The notes: a model not told the origin generated them from the sequence alone. A DNA stretch of 64,000 bases from Candidatus Limnocylindrales bacterium (GCA_038230295.1 JBBRNM010000003.1:3168-67167); one strand, 5' to 3'; counted from the first letter of the stretch, positions 8,574 through 18,402 are shown. Made by a program: numbers and translations.

Positions 8574-10976
8574 TCAGCCGAGGTCGCGAGTGACGCTGAA
8601 CACGTCCTTGAGCTGCTCGATGCGGGCGAGGACGCGAGCCAGCTGGCTGACCGAGGCGACCTGGAGCGTGGCGCGGACGAGCGCGGCGTGATCCGGCCCC
8701 ACCGAGACGTCCGCGGCCAGGATGTTGACCTTGGCCTCCGCGACGACCTGGGTGATGTCGCTGAGGAGGCCCGTCCGGTCGTAGGCCTCGACGCGGATCG
8801 CGATCGGGTATGTCTGGGCCGGCGCCGCTTCCCACTCGACCTCGATCAGGCGAGTGACCTCGCGCTCGTTGAGCACGGTCGGGCAGGATCGGAGGTGGAC
8901 CGTCACGCCCTTGCCCCGAGTGATGAAGCCGACGATCGGGTCGCCGGGGATCGGGTGGCAGCAGCGGGCGAACCGAACCAGCAGGTCCCCCACGCCCTTG
9001 ACCCGGACGCCGCCGGCTCGGGCGGGCTGGACGGGCGGCGCGACCGTGGGCAGCGCGAGCTGCGCGTCGTCGACGACGCCGAGCCGCATGACGACCGATT
9101 GGGCGCTGATCGCCCCGTAGCCGATCGCGGCGAGGAAGTCGTCGAGGCTGTCGTGGTTGTACTGGCGGGCGACCTCGACGAGCTTGTCCTGGCCAACGGC
9201 AGCGCTCGAGGTCCGGGCGAGGCGGCGGAGCTCGCGGTCGAGGGCCTCACGGCCGTGAACGATGTTCTCGTCGCGCTCCTGACGCTTGAACCATTGCCGG
9301 ATCTTCTCGCGGGCGTGCTGGGTTCGGACGACGTTCAGCCAGTCGCGCGACGGCCCGTGCCCGACCTTCGTCGTCACGACCTCGACGATGTCGCCGTTCT
9401 TGAGCCGGTAGTCGAGCGGGACGAGGCGGTTGTTGACCTTCGCTCCGATCGTCCGGTGGCCGACGTCGGTGTGGATCCGGTATGCGAAGTCGAGCGGGGT
9501 CGCGTTCGCCGGCAGGTCCTTGATGTCGCCCTTCGGCGTGAACACGAAGACCTGGTCCTGGAAGATGTCGAGCTTGATGCCCTCGACGAATTCGGTCGCG
9601 TCGCTGACGTCTCGCTGCCAGTCCATCAGCTGACGCAGCCAGGCGAGCTTGGCGTCGTAGTCCCGATCGGACTTCGAGCCCTCCTTGTACCGCCAGTGGG
9701 CCGCGATCCCGACCTCTGAGACCTGGTGCATCGCGTGGGTCCGGATCTGGATCTCGAGCGGCTTGCCGTCGAGCGCGATCACCGCGGTATGGAGCGACTG
9801 ATAGAGGTTGTTCTTGGGCACGGCGATGTAGTCGTCGAACTGGCCCGGGATCGGCCGCCACAGGGCATGGACGATACCCAGCGCCGCGTAGCAATCGCGG
9901 AGGTCCTCGACGAGGACCCGGATCGCGTAGACGTCGTAGATCTCGCCGAACTCGGCGCTCTTGCGCTGCATCTTCTTCCAGATGCTGTAGATGTGCTTCG
10001 GCCGGCCCTCGAGGTCGGCCGTGATCCCGGCGGCCTCGAGCCGCGGTCGGAGCTCCTCGATTGCCCTGTCGATATAGGACTCGCGGCCCTTTCGGCGCGT
10101 GTCCAGGAGCTTGGCGAGCTCGCGGAAGCGGACCGGCTCGATGACCTTGAACGACAGATCCTCGAGCTCCCACTTGACCTGCCAGATCCCGAGGCGCTCG
10201 GCCAGCGGGGCGTAGATCTCGAGGGTCTGGCGGGCGATCCGGAGCTGCTTTTCCGGCGGCAGCGGGGCCAGGGTCCGCATGTTGTGGAGGCGGTCCGCGA
10301 GCTTGATGAGGACGACCCGGATGTCGTCGGCCATCGCCAGGAACATCTTCCGGATGTTCTCGGCCTGCTGCTGCTCGTGGCTCAGCGTGCTGAATTTGCT
10401 GAGCTTCGTCACCCCGTCGACGAGATGGGCGACCTCGGCACCGAAGCGATCCTCGATGTCGGGCAGGTCGTACTCCGTGTCCTCGGGGACGTCGTGCAGG
10501 ATGGCCGCCTCGATCGCGATCGGGTCGATGCCGAGGTCGGCGAGGATCTGGGCGGCGGCGATCGGATGGGTGATGTACGGCTCACCGGAAGCGCGCTTCT
10601 GGTCGCCGTGGGCCTCGATGGCGAAGTCGATAGCGCCCTGGAGGGCGGCGAGATCGGCCTGCGGATCGTGTCGTTGGAGGGTGTCGATCAGGGTCGCCCG
10701 CATCGACCCCACGCTCGGGACCTTCGGGGCCGACTTGGTCGCCGCCGGCTTGGCGACGAGGGACGGCTTCGGGGCCGGCGCCTTGGCCACCACCGCGAGC
10801 TTGGGGCCTGCGGACTTCCCATTCCCGGGTTTCGCCGCTGCTGACTTCGCGGTCGCCTTCGGTCGCGCGACCGCGCGAGGCGCGCGCTTCGGGACCGGTC
10901 CGGCCGCGGGTGGAGCTGGCGGGCGAGGCTCGGCCGGTCGCACCGCCCGCGTGCGTGGGACGACCATCGTGCGCAA
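8574..10976 (-). CDS. relA: Bifunctional (p)ppGpp synthetase/hydrolase (RelA/SpoT homologue) with a Lys/Ala/Pro-rich N-terminal extension
   Basis: HD domain (HGDQKRASGEPYITHP), synthetase domain, and TGS and ACT regions. The longest ORF starts at TTG 10976. Alternative starts are ATG 10967 (MVVPRT) and the internal MRATLIDT. Confidence 0.9.
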   Translation of the reverse strand: MRTMVVPRTRAVRPAEPRPPAPPAAGPVPKRAPRAVARPKATAKSAAAKPGNGKSAGPKLAVVAKAPAPKPSLVAKPAATKSAPKVPSVGSMRATLIDTLQRHDPQADLAALQGAIDFAIEAHGDQKRASGEPYITHPIAAAQILADLGIDPIAIEAAILHDVPEDTEYDLPDIEDRFGAEVAHLVDGVTKLSKFSTLSHEQQQAENIRKMFLAMADDIRVVLIKLADRLHNMRTLAPLPPEKQLRIARQTLEIYAPLAERLGIWQVKWELEDLSFKVIEPVRFRELAKLLDTRRKGRESYIDRAIEELRPRLEAAGITADLEGRPKHIYSIWKKMQRKSAEFGEIYDVYAIRVLVEDLRDCYAALGIVHALWRPIPGQFDDYIAVPKNNLYQSLHTAVIALDGKPLEIQIRTHAMHQVSEVGIAAHWRYKEGSKSDRDYDAKLAWLRQLMDWQRDVSDATEFVEGIKLDIFQDQVFVFTPKGDIKDLPANATPLDFAYRIHTDVGHRTIGAKVNNRLVPLDYRLKNGDIVEVVTTKVGHGPSRDWLNVVRTQHAREKIRQWFKRQERDENIVHGREALDRELRRLARTSSAAVGQDKLVEVARQYNHDSLDDFLAAIGYGAISAQSVVMRLGVVDDAQLALPTVAPPVQPARAGGVRVKGVGDLLVRFARCCHPIPGDPIVGFITRGKGVTVHLRSCPTVLNEREVTRLIEVEWEAAPAQTYPIAIRVEAYDRTGLLSDITQVVAEAKVNILAADVSVGPDHAALVRATLQVASVSQLARVLARIEQLKDVFSVTRDLG

Positions 10977-10977
10977 A

Positions 10978-10983
10978 AGTCTA
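10978..10983 (-). promoter_or_regulatory. Candidate -10 element (TAGACT) immediately upstream of relA
   Basis: The minus strand reads TAGACT-t-TTG...ATG. The ATG at 10967 lies 10 nt downstream of the hexamer, so the leader is very short or absent. Confidence 0.3.
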
Positions 10984-11307
10984 GCAGCGGCTCGAGTCGC
11001 CTCCGATCGGCGCGCGGACGGGCAGGAGCGTGGCGGCCCTCAGGAATCGACCCGCTTGGACATCGGTCGGCGTTCTCTCAAGCTCCGGTTGTGCCAAATT
11101 GCCACCACGCGGCAGCTCGTCAGCGATCCCGTGACAACCGTGCCCCAGGCGCACGTTTGGCAGCGCCATACCGGCACCGCGAGCGCTCCCGTGCTCAGCA
11201 GCTCCGACACGTCGATCGAATCCGTGACGAGTTGCCACCTCATTCACGTTTGACCACATGGGCCCGGTCCAGGTTCGAGAGATGGGTCGGCTCGAGGCGC
11301 TGGAGGC

Positions 11308-11727
11308 TCAGCTGTGCTGCTGCGCCAGCTCCGCCAGGCGGGCATCGGAGATGCCGAAGTGGTGGGCCACCTCGTGGCGCACGGTTTCAGCAACACCGCG
11401 CGCGAGCGCGTCGGGATCGCGGAAGATCCGAAGGTGTGGGCCGCGATAGATCGTGATCTTGCTGCCCAACGGGGCATTGCTGGCCCCGTATTTCGTCCGC
11501 GGCACCCCGGTATAGAGCCCGAGCAGGCCAGTCGCGCCCATCGCAGCGAGCTGATCCGGTGTGGGCTCGTCTTCGATCACCACCGCCACCGTGTCGAGCC
11601 GGTCACGGAAAAGGTCCGGTAGCCCGTCCAGAGCGGCCATGACCAGCCCCTCGAACAGGTCGCGGGGAGCGTCAGTCGCAGAGTCGCCGGAAGGTTCGGG
11701 CTGAGCGATGCCGGATTCGGTGGGCAT
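11308..11727 (-). CDS. Zincin-like metallopeptidase family protein (small, HExxH)
   Basis: 139 aa with HEVAHHFG near the C-terminus, an architecture typical of the small 'metallopeptidase family protein' group (Zincin_1). Confidence 0.75.
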   Translation of the reverse strand: MPTESGIAQPEPSGDSATDAPRDLFEGLVMAALDGLPDLFRDRLDTVAVVIEDEPTPDQLAAMGATGLLGLYTGVPRTKYGASNAPLGSKITIYRGPHLRIFRDPDALARGVAETVRHEVAHHFGISDARLAELAQQHS

Positions 11728-11759
11728 CCGCGAATTATCGGCCTGAACCCAAGCAGCCC

Positions 11760-13400
11760 TCAGGAATCGCCCCGGTAGCCGAGCTCGGCGAGGGCTGACT
11801 CAGCCACCTCCCGCTCGCTCCAGGGCTGGGCGCCGGACGGTCCGATGTTCCAGGTCTCGTGGCCTTTGCCGGCGAGGAGCACGACGTCGGCCGGCCGTGC
11901 GCGGGCGAATGCCTCCGCGATTGCGGCACGCCGGTCCGGGATCACGAGGACCTCGTGGTCGCGCTGGAGCCCGGCCGCCTCGGCGCCCGTGACGATGGCT
12001 TCGAAGATCGCCGCCGGGTCCTCGTTCCGCGAATCATCCTCGGTCACGATGACAAGCCGACTTCGAGCGCCGGCGGCCCGGCCCATCAGCGGCCGCTTCC
12101 CCGTGTCGCGCTCACCCGACGCCCCGAACACGCTGATCACTCGCCCACCATGCGGCGAGGCAAGCTCGCCGAGCTCGCGTCCAACGGCGTCGAGAGAGCC
12201 CGGGGTATGCGCGTAGTCGATGATCACGTGGAACGGCTGGCCGCGGACCACCGCCTCCATGCGGCCCGGGACACCGCCAAGCTCGCCGAGCCCAGTTGCG
12301 ACGCGATCGAGGTCGAGCCCCCAGCCGAGCCCGAGCCCGACGACGGCGAGGGCGTTGTGGGCGTTGAACCGCCCGCCGATGCGCAGCGCCACGGTCAGCG
12401 TGCGGCCGGCCGCGTCGACCTCGAGGCGACTCGACGACGCATCGCCCTCGAACGAAACGAGGCGCACGTCGGCGCCCGGATCGACGCCGTAGGTGATCGC
12501 TCGCGCTCCGGCCGTCGTTGTGGCGGACGCGAACGTCGGGCCATTCGCATCGTCGATGTTCACGACGCCGATGCCGGGCCGCCCCTCGCGGCCGTCCCGG
12601 GGAAGCCGCTCGAACAGGCTGAGCTTGGCGGCCCGATACGCCTCGAACGTGCCGTGGAAATCGAGGTGCTCGTGCGAGAGGTTCGTGAAGATGGCGGCGC
12701 CGTAGGCCACGCTCCCGACGCGCTCCGCCGCGAGCCCATGGGAGCTCGTCTCGATGACGACGGCTCGCCGCTCGGCGTCGACCATCTCGCGCAGCACGCC
12801 CTGGAGATCGATCGCCCCGGGCGTCGTGTTCGGTCGGTCGTTGCGCCGCAGGGTCCCCGCGACGCGGATTCCGATGGTCCCGACGATCCCCGTCGGCCAG
12901 CCGACCGCCTCGAAAGCCGCGGCCGCGAGAAACGTCGTCGTGGTCTTGCCGTTCGTCCCAGTCACGCCGACGACGTCGAGCTCGCGGCTCGGGTCGCCGA
13001 ACCACCACGCTGCCGCGGCCGCGAGCGCGACGTCGCTCCGCCGAACGACGAGCTGGATCACGGCGACGCGTTCACTCGCGGCGTCGCTCGCAGGTTCGGG
13101 TGCGCCCGCGTTCGAGCCGAGAGCGTCTTCCACGATCACCGCGGACGCGCCTCGAGCGATCGCCTCGGGCACGAAACCATGACCATCGACGCGCAGGCCG
13201 CGGACTGCGGCGAAGACCTGGCCCGGCTCGACCGCTCGCGAATCGTCGGCGATTCCGGTCACGGCGGTCGACTCGAGCTCGTGTTCGGGGATCGGCTCTC
13301 CGCTGCCGCGGCGGATCGCGATCAGTTGACCATCCGCGTCGAGACGCCGAACCAGCTCGGCGAGCGGCCGTTCAGCGGGCGGCCGTTCGGCGGGCGTCAC
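11760..13400 (-). CDS. murE: UDP-N-acetylmuramoyl-L-alanyl-D-glutamate--2,6-diaminopimelate (or L-Lys) ligase
   Basis: Mur ligase motifs are present (VVGVTGTNGKTTT, DYAHTP). A GTG at 13400 lies 11 nt after the upstream stop. An alternative ATG at 13472 would overlap the femX-like gene by 62 nt. Confidence 0.9.
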   Translation of the reverse strand: MTPAERPPAERPLAELVRRLDADGQLIAIRRGSGEPIPEHELESTAVTGIADDSRAVEPGQVFAAVRGLRVDGHGFVPEAIARGASAVIVEDALGSNAGAPEPASDAASERVAVIQLVVRRSDVALAAAAAWWFGDPSRELDVVGVTGTNGKTTTTFLAAAAFEAVGWPTGIVGTIGIRVAGTLRRNDRPNTTPGAIDLQGVLREMVDAERRAVVIETSSHGLAAERVGSVAYGAAIFTNLSHEHLDFHGTFEAYRAAKLSLFERLPRDGREGRPGIGVVNIDDANGPTFASATTTAGARAITYGVDPGADVRLVSFEGDASSSRLEVDAAGRTLTVALRIGGRFNAHNALAVVGLGLGWGLDLDRVATGLGELGGVPGRMEAVVRGQPFHVIIDYAHTPGSLDAVGRELGELASPHGGRVISVFGASGERDTGKRPLMGRAAGARSRLVIVTEDDSRNEDPAAIFEAIVTGAEAAGLQRDHEVLVIPDRRAAIAEAFARARPADVVLLAGKGHETWNIGPSGAQPWSEREVAESALAELGYRGDS

Positions 13401-13410
13401 CAGGCCGCGC

Positions 13411-14607
13411 TCAATCCGTCTTGGGCTCGGTCGCGGCGATGGGCGGCCCGCCGGCTTCGGCCTCGTTGGCATCGTGGCTCGCGACCGGTCGTCTGCCGAG
13501 ACCCCGAAGTTCCCGGACCGCTCGGAGCACCGGTCCCCGCGCCGTCTCGCCGAGCCGGAGTGCCGTCGCGCCAACGGGCGAGAGGTCGAGATCCCAGGCC
13601 CCGATGTACTCGATCTCGCGGCCACCGAAGCCCTGCTTGAAGTGGGCGATCCCGGGATGCACGAGGCCCCACAGGTCGTACGACGTCGCGCCCTGCTCCC
13701 GCGACGAGCGGATCGCCTCCCACTTCAGGAGATAGTTCGCTCGCAGGTTGGCCCCGGCCTCGGTCATGCCGCCGTACGGCTCGACGACCCGGCCGCCGCA
13801 GCGGACCAGCAGGAGCACGGCCACGGTTTCGCCAGAAGCATCGCCGGCGAAAAGGAGCCGGCTCTCGCCCGTCGGCCGCAAGGCCGACCAGAGCTCCTCG
13901 TAGGCGCTCGCGGCCCGAATCGGCACACCGGCGCGGAGGCCCGTCTCCCGCATCACCCGATGGAAGACCTGGAACGCGTCGGTTTCGACCGCCGGATCCA
14001 CGTCCCGGATCACGACGCCGCTCGTTCGTGCGCGGTTGACGTACTGACGCCACTTCTTCCGCAGATCGGACCACAGGGCCGCTTCATCCGCCCGGAGGTC
14101 GATGATCCGGGTTCGGCGTGGCTGCGCGTCGGGAGCGTGGCGCCAGCCGAGCCGGCGGAGCTCCGCGACAAAGTCCCCGCCGCCCTCGAGCGTCGCGCCC
14201 ATCTCGACCTCGGGATCCATCCGCACCAGCGCCACCCCTCGCAATCCGGGGAAGCCACTCCGAAGGCGCTCCGTCCAGGCGCCGAGCGCGGCCGCGGTCC
14301 AGTAGTCGGCCAGCGGCCCACGGGGGGCATACGCGAATCGCCACGGCAGCAACGGCAGCGGCTGCACGAGAACCTGGGCGCCGATGACCCCCGAGGCCGG
14401 CGACGAGCCGACCACGAGCGCCGGCGTCCAGCCGTTTGGGCGTTTGACCGTCGCCCACGCGCTTGTCTGCAGGTAGGTGGCCTGGGGATGCGCCCGGACG
14501 TGGGCATCCCAGGCGTCCGCGGTCCAGGCCGCCGGCCGGCTGGCGGCGGAATCGCTCACTGCGGGCAGCGCGCCCGCGAGATCGCCCATCGCCGGATCCT
14601 CGCTCAT
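13411..14607 (-). CDS. FemAB-family peptidoglycan interpeptide-bridge aminoacyltransferase (FemX-like) 1
   Basis: 398 aa. YLQTSAWATVKRPNGW...RMDPE...KKWRQYVNRA...AGANLRANYLLKWEAI is the FemABX/GNAT-pair signature. Confidence 0.8.
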   Translation of the reverse strand: MSEDPAMGDLAGALPAVSDSAASRPAAWTADAWDAHVRAHPQATYLQTSAWATVKRPNGWTPALVVGSSPASGVIGAQVLVQPLPLLPWRFAYAPRGPLADYWTAAALGAWTERLRSGFPGLRGVALVRMDPEVEMGATLEGGGDFVAELRRLGWRHAPDAQPRRTRIIDLRADEAALWSDLRKKWRQYVNRARTSGVVIRDVDPAVETDAFQVFHRVMRETGLRAGVPIRAASAYEELWSALRPTGESRLLFAGDASGETVAVLLLVRCGGRVVEPYGGMTEAGANLRANYLLKWEAIRSSREQGATSYDLWGLVHPGIAHFKQGFGGREIEYIGAWDLDLSPVGATALRLGETARGPVLRAVRELRGLGRRPVASHDANEAEAGGPPIAATEPKTD

Positions 14608-15770
14608 CCCTCGGAGCCCCCTTCGGCACCGTCGTCGCCCACGCGACGCTCGGAGGCCGCCTCATCGCCGGGGGCAGGCCGCGATCGACCAAACGCGCGA
14701 GCCATCACCCGGCCGAGGAGGTAGCGCGTCGGTCGGAGGACACGTTCATGCGCCCCGACGAGCTCGAGCCATTCGGCACCGAACGATCGCTTGTGCTGGT
14801 AGAGCCCGAACATCGGCTCGCCTTCCCGGGGCTCGTGGCGGGCACCCGCGACATCGACCCCGCCAAGGTCCATCTCGAGGCTCCGCTCCTGGATGGCGAT
14901 CTCGATCGCGCGCCATCGGAGCAGGTGGAAGACCCCAGGGTGCCGCTCCCGCGCGCCGGCCTCGTCGCCCGAGAACGCCGTCGAGAGCCGGCCGCCATGG
15001 CGGTACAGGACGAGCCCGGCGAACGGGACGCCCTCGAGGTCGCGGGCCTCGAGGAGCACGAGGTAGCCCGCCCGATACGCGACGTGGCTCCAGTCCAGGA
15101 ACGAGGACCGGGCGCTCAGGGCAAAGCGGCGTCGGCGTCCGGTCGCCTCGAGGAAGCCATGGAAACGGGTCAGTGCGACCTCGGGGGAATCCTCGCGGGA
15201 GAGAAAGTCCGGACCCAGGTCGTCGTCCTCGACCGTGGCGTCATAGCGGACGGTCTTGATCCCCTGCCGTTCCGCCTGGCGGATTCGCTGCCGGGTCGAC
15301 TTCGAGATGTTGCCGAACGCGGTGTCCTCGTCGATCCGATCGCCAAGCTTCAGCACCAGGCGATGGCGGGAGGGCTGGATCTCCTCGATGGGGCGGTAGC
15401 CGAGTGCCGAGATCCGATCGCCGTAGCCCGTCCAGGTCGCCACCTCAGCGTCGCTCGCCACGACGTCGACGCCATTGCCCGCGAGCCACTCGGTGACGCC
15501 GCCGAGACGCGCGGCCAGCTCATCGACGGTGCCATTTGGGATTGGACCGCGGGAGATGTAGGCGCTGGCGCTGCCGAGCAGTGGCCATGGTCGCAGGAGC
15601 GCGAGGACCGCCGAGCCATCCGAGCCGATCAGGAATCGGGGTTGCCAGCCCGTCCGGGTGCGGTACTGGGCCCACGCCCGGGACTGCAGGACGTGACCTC
15701 CGGCCGGATGCACCGTGAGCGTGTCCCAGGTTTCGAGCTCGCTCTGGGTTGCGTCGCGGAACTCGATCAC
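14604..15770 (-). CDS. FemAB-family peptidoglycan interpeptide-bridge aminoacyltransferase (FemX-like) 2
   Basis: 388 aa. HVLQSRAWAQYRTRTGWQPRFL...STRQRIRQA...HLLRWRAIE. It shares a 4-nt ATGA overlap with the downstream paralogue. Confidence 0.8.
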   Translation of the reverse strand: MIEFRDATQSELETWDTLTVHPAGGHVLQSRAWAQYRTRTGWQPRFLIGSDGSAVLALLRPWPLLGSASAYISRGPIPNGTVDELAARLGGVTEWLAGNGVDVVASDAEVATWTGYGDRISALGYRPIEEIQPSRHRLVLKLGDRIDEDTAFGNISKSTRQRIRQAERQGIKTVRYDATVEDDDLGPDFLSREDSPEVALTRFHGFLEATGRRRRFALSARSSFLDWSHVAYRAGYLVLLEARDLEGVPFAGLVLYRHGGRLSTAFSGDEAGARERHPGVFHLLRWRAIEIAIQERSLEMDLGGVDVAGARHEPREGEPMFGLYQHKRSFGAEWLELVGAHERVLRPTRYLLGRVMARAFGRSRPAPGDEAASERRVGDDGAEGGSEG

Positions 15771-17416
15771 CGCCGGCCGCGGCGGCGAACCAGGTCGACC
15801 ATGATCCCGACGATAGAAGGCAGCTCCGGTATCCGCAAGGCGACCGAGACCCCGACATAGGCGAGGACGCCGGCGATCGTGGCCAAGCTGGCCTCGACCA
15901 GCAGGACGAGCTTGCCGGGTTGCGAAGCGATTCCGGCCACCGCGCCGGGAGCGAGGAACGGGCCGCTCGCCTCCAGGACCACGAGGGCCATGACGCCCGC
16001 GACGGCGGAGCCGACTGCGGCGCGGAGCGTGACAGAGGCGATGGCCCCGAGATCGAAGCCAGCCTCGCGCCGACGGAGCATCCAGAGCAGCACGAGCGCC
16101 TCGATCCAGGCGGCCGTGGCGATCGCCAGCCCGAGGGCCGGCAGGCCGAGCGGACCGACGAGCACGACCCCGAGCGAGACGTTGACGACGACGGCGAGGA
16201 TGGCCGCCGCGACCGGCGTGCGCGTGTCCTGGCGAGCGTAGAAGGCGCGGGCGAGCACGCCGATCGCGCTATGCGCCGTGAGCCCGAGCATGAAGAGGAG
16301 GAGCGTATCCGCCGTCAGCTGGACGGCGGCGTCGGTGAACCGGCCATAACCGAGCAGGAGCTCGACGATCTGGAGGCGCAGGACCATCGCCAGCGCGGTG
16401 ATCGGGAGCATCACGAAGATCAGGATGCGAAGCGATCGCGTCAGGAGCTCGACGTAGTTGCCGGTGCGGCCGATCGCGATCTCCCGCGACAGCGACGGGA
16501 AGATGACGATCCCGAGCGGGATCCCGATGACGCCGAGCGGGATCTGGAGGAGGGCGAACGCGATCGTGTAGGCCGAGATCGCGCCCTCGCCGAGGTTGGA
16601 CGCAAGCGACGTCATGACGACGAACGTGATCTGGGTCACGCCCAGGCCGAGCACGCGGGGCCCCATCAGCGTGAGTGCCCGACGGGCCTGCTCGTCGGAC
16701 AGGTCGATGCGCGGCATGTACCGGAATCCGGCCTGGGCCAGCGCCGGAATCTGCACGACGAGGTGGCCGAACGAGCCGACCACCACGCCGATGGCCAGCC
16801 CGGTCACGCCCAACGGGCCGCTGAGGAGCACGGCGCCGCCGATGATCGCGAGGTTGTACAGAATCGGGGCGACCGCGGAAGCGCCGAACCGATGATCCGC
16901 GTTGAGGGCGCTCGTCGCGACGGCACCGAGGGCGAGCAGGATCGGGGCGACGAGCATGATCCGGGTCAGGTCGACGGTTCGAGCCAGTCCTGCGGCATCG
17001 AACCCCGGGGTGATCACGGCGACGAGCGGCTCTGCGACGACGAAGGCGACAACCGCGAGCACGGCCAGCGCGGCGAGCATCAGGTTCGCGACCGTCGAGA
17101 CAATGCGCCACGCGCGCTTCTGTTCGCCGGTGGCCAGGAGGCCCGCCACCAGCGGCACCAGCGCCGACGCCACAGCGCCGGCGGCGACGAGCTGGAAGAT
17201 CAGGTCCGGGATCCGAAATGCCGCGAAGAACGCATCGAGATCCGCGCCAGCGCCGAACGTCGTGCCGATGATCAGGACCCGGACGTACCCGAGGACCCGC
17301 GCCACGAGGTACGTCGCGGCGACGAGCAGGCCGGCTCGCGCGAGCGTCGCCGCGCTCGTCCGGGGTGGCAGGGCCGCCGGAGCGGCGATCGAATCTGACT
17401 CGAAATCCTCGCTCAC
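15767..17416 (-). CDS. murJ: Lipid II flippase MurJ
   Basis: MviN/MurJ N-terminal signature (GYVRVLIIGTTFGAGADLDAFFAAFRIPDLIFQL) and about 14 TM segments. The GTG at 17416 overlaps the xerC stop (GTGA). Confidence 0.9.
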   Translation of the reverse strand: MSEDFESDSIAAPAALPPRTSAATLARAGLLVAATYLVARVLGYVRVLIIGTTFGAGADLDAFFAAFRIPDLIFQLVAAGAVASALVPLVAGLLATGEQKRAWRIVSTVANLMLAALAVLAVVAFVVAEPLVAVITPGFDAAGLARTVDLTRIMLVAPILLALGAVATSALNADHRFGASAVAPILYNLAIIGGAVLLSGPLGVTGLAIGVVVGSFGHLVVQIPALAQAGFRYMPRIDLSDEQARRALTLMGPRVLGLGVTQITFVVMTSLASNLGEGAISAYTIAFALLQIPLGVIGIPLGIVIFPSLSREIAIGRTGNYVELLTRSLRILIFVMLPITALAMVLRLQIVELLLGYGRFTDAAVQLTADTLLLFMLGLTAHSAIGVLARAFYARQDTRTPVAAAILAVVVNVSLGVVLVGPLGLPALGLAIATAAWIEALVLLWMLRRREAGFDLGAIASVTLRAAVGSAVAGVMALVVLEASGPFLAPGAVAGIASQPGKLVLLVEASLATIAGVLAYVGVSVALRIPELPSIVGIMVDLVRRRGRR

Positions 17417-18402
17417 GCCGGCCGGTCTGGCACGGGGCCGGCGGTGGGGTCTGCGGTGCCTGCCGCTCTTGCGCGGGGGTGCGCGGTCACGTACGCCGCC
17501 CGAAGCCGCGCTGGCGAGACGTGGGTGTAGACCTGCGTCGTCGCGAGGCTCTCGTGGCCGAGCAGCTCCTGGACGACCCGGAGGTCCGCACCGCCGTCGA
17601 GCAGGTGCGTCGCGAACGAGTGCCGCAGCGTATGAGGCGACACGCCCTCGGGCAGGCCCGCGGCCCGGCACAGCCGGGCGATCCGGAAGCGGAGGCCACG
17701 CACCCCGATTGCGGCTCCTTCGTGATTCAGGAAGACCACGTCCGGCTCCGGTCCCGGCTCGTGCCGGCGCGCGAGGAGTGCGGGCCGACCCGCGTCCAGG
17801 TAGGCCTCGAGGGCCGCGACCGCAGGCCGTCCGAGGAGGCCCGTCCGCTCCTTGCGGCCCTTACCGAGAACGCGGACCTCGCCGCGCCGTAGGTCCAGCG
17901 TCGCGAGCTCCGCCGATGCGAGTTCGCTGATGCGCAGCCCGGCGGCGTAGGCCACCTCGACGATCGCGCGGTCGCGCAGCGCGATGGCACTCGCCACCGG
18001 CGAGGACGCGCCGTCGGTCGGGGCAAGCAGCTCGACCGCATCGAGAAGCCGCTCGATCTGCTCGATCTCCAGGACCCGCGGCAGGCGACGCGGAATCCGC
18101 GGCGTCGCGATCCCGCCCCAGGGGTCACCGGGCGCGAGGCCTGCGCGCGCGGCGAACCGGTGGAACGATCGGATCGCAGCGAGGCGCTGGCTGACCGTGC
18201 TCCGGGCGCCGGAGGTCACGAGCCGGGCCAGATACGCCCGGAGATCGGGCCGCGCCGGTGCTCGCCAGTCGGCGCCGCGGGCGTCGAGCCACTCGATGTA
18301 CGCGCCGACCGCGGTCGCGTAGGACCGAATCGTGTTCTCCGACGCATCCCTCGCCCGGATGGTGAGCAGGAAGCGCGCCAGCGCGTCGGTTCCGCTCGTC
18401 AT
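17413..18402 (-). CDS. xerC: Site-specific tyrosine recombinase XerC/XerD family
   Basis: ATG 18402 (MTSGTDALARFL...). The catalytic set R...HTLRHSFATHLL...GH...Y is present. The dprA-topA-xerC neighbourhood resembles the B. subtilis order. The rest of the 728-aa track ORF is an out-of-frame overlap with topA. Confidence 0.85.
   Translation of the reverse strand: MTSGTDALARFLLTIRARDASENTIRSYATAVGAYIEWLDARGADWRAPARPDLRAYLARLVTSGARSTVSQRLAAIRSFHRFAARAGLAPGDPWGGIATPRIPRRLPRVLEIEQIERLLDAVELLAPTDGASSPVASAIALRDRAIVEVAYAAGLRISELASAELATLDLRRGEVRVLGKGRKERTGLLGRPAVAALEAYLDAGRPALLARRHEPGPEPDVVFLNHEGAAIGVRGLRFRIARLCRAAGLPEGVSPHTLRHSFATHLLDGGADLRVVQELLGHESLATTQVYTHVSPARLRAAYVTAHPRARAAGTADPTAGPVPDRPA

Noticed and set aside
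11037-11049. 13-nt exact repeat ccctcaggaatcg, also at 11757-11769 (the murE stop region)
   Set aside because: Exact 13-mers are expected by chance in 64 kb. There is no extended similarity beyond about 20 nt, so I found no support for a duplication or att site.
11139-11155. Single CGTGC-N7-GCACG match (another is at 24808-24824, inside the REC-CpaE coding sequence)
   Set aside because: Two isolated matches are what chance predicts for 64 kb at this composition. Only the four-copy cluster at 41.74-41.94 kb is treated as significant.
15749-17398. 549-aa plus-strand ORF
   Set aside because: It is antisense to murJ, has an extreme Arg/Asp/Glu/Gly low-complexity composition, and no domain signature.
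17413-18402. Tyrosine recombinase as a marker of a prophage or integrative element
   Set aside because: It has XerC/D-type motifs and length. It is embedded in a conserved comM-dprA-topA-xerC housekeeping context with 4-nt coupling to murJ. There are no flanking direct repeats, phage genes or compositional shift.
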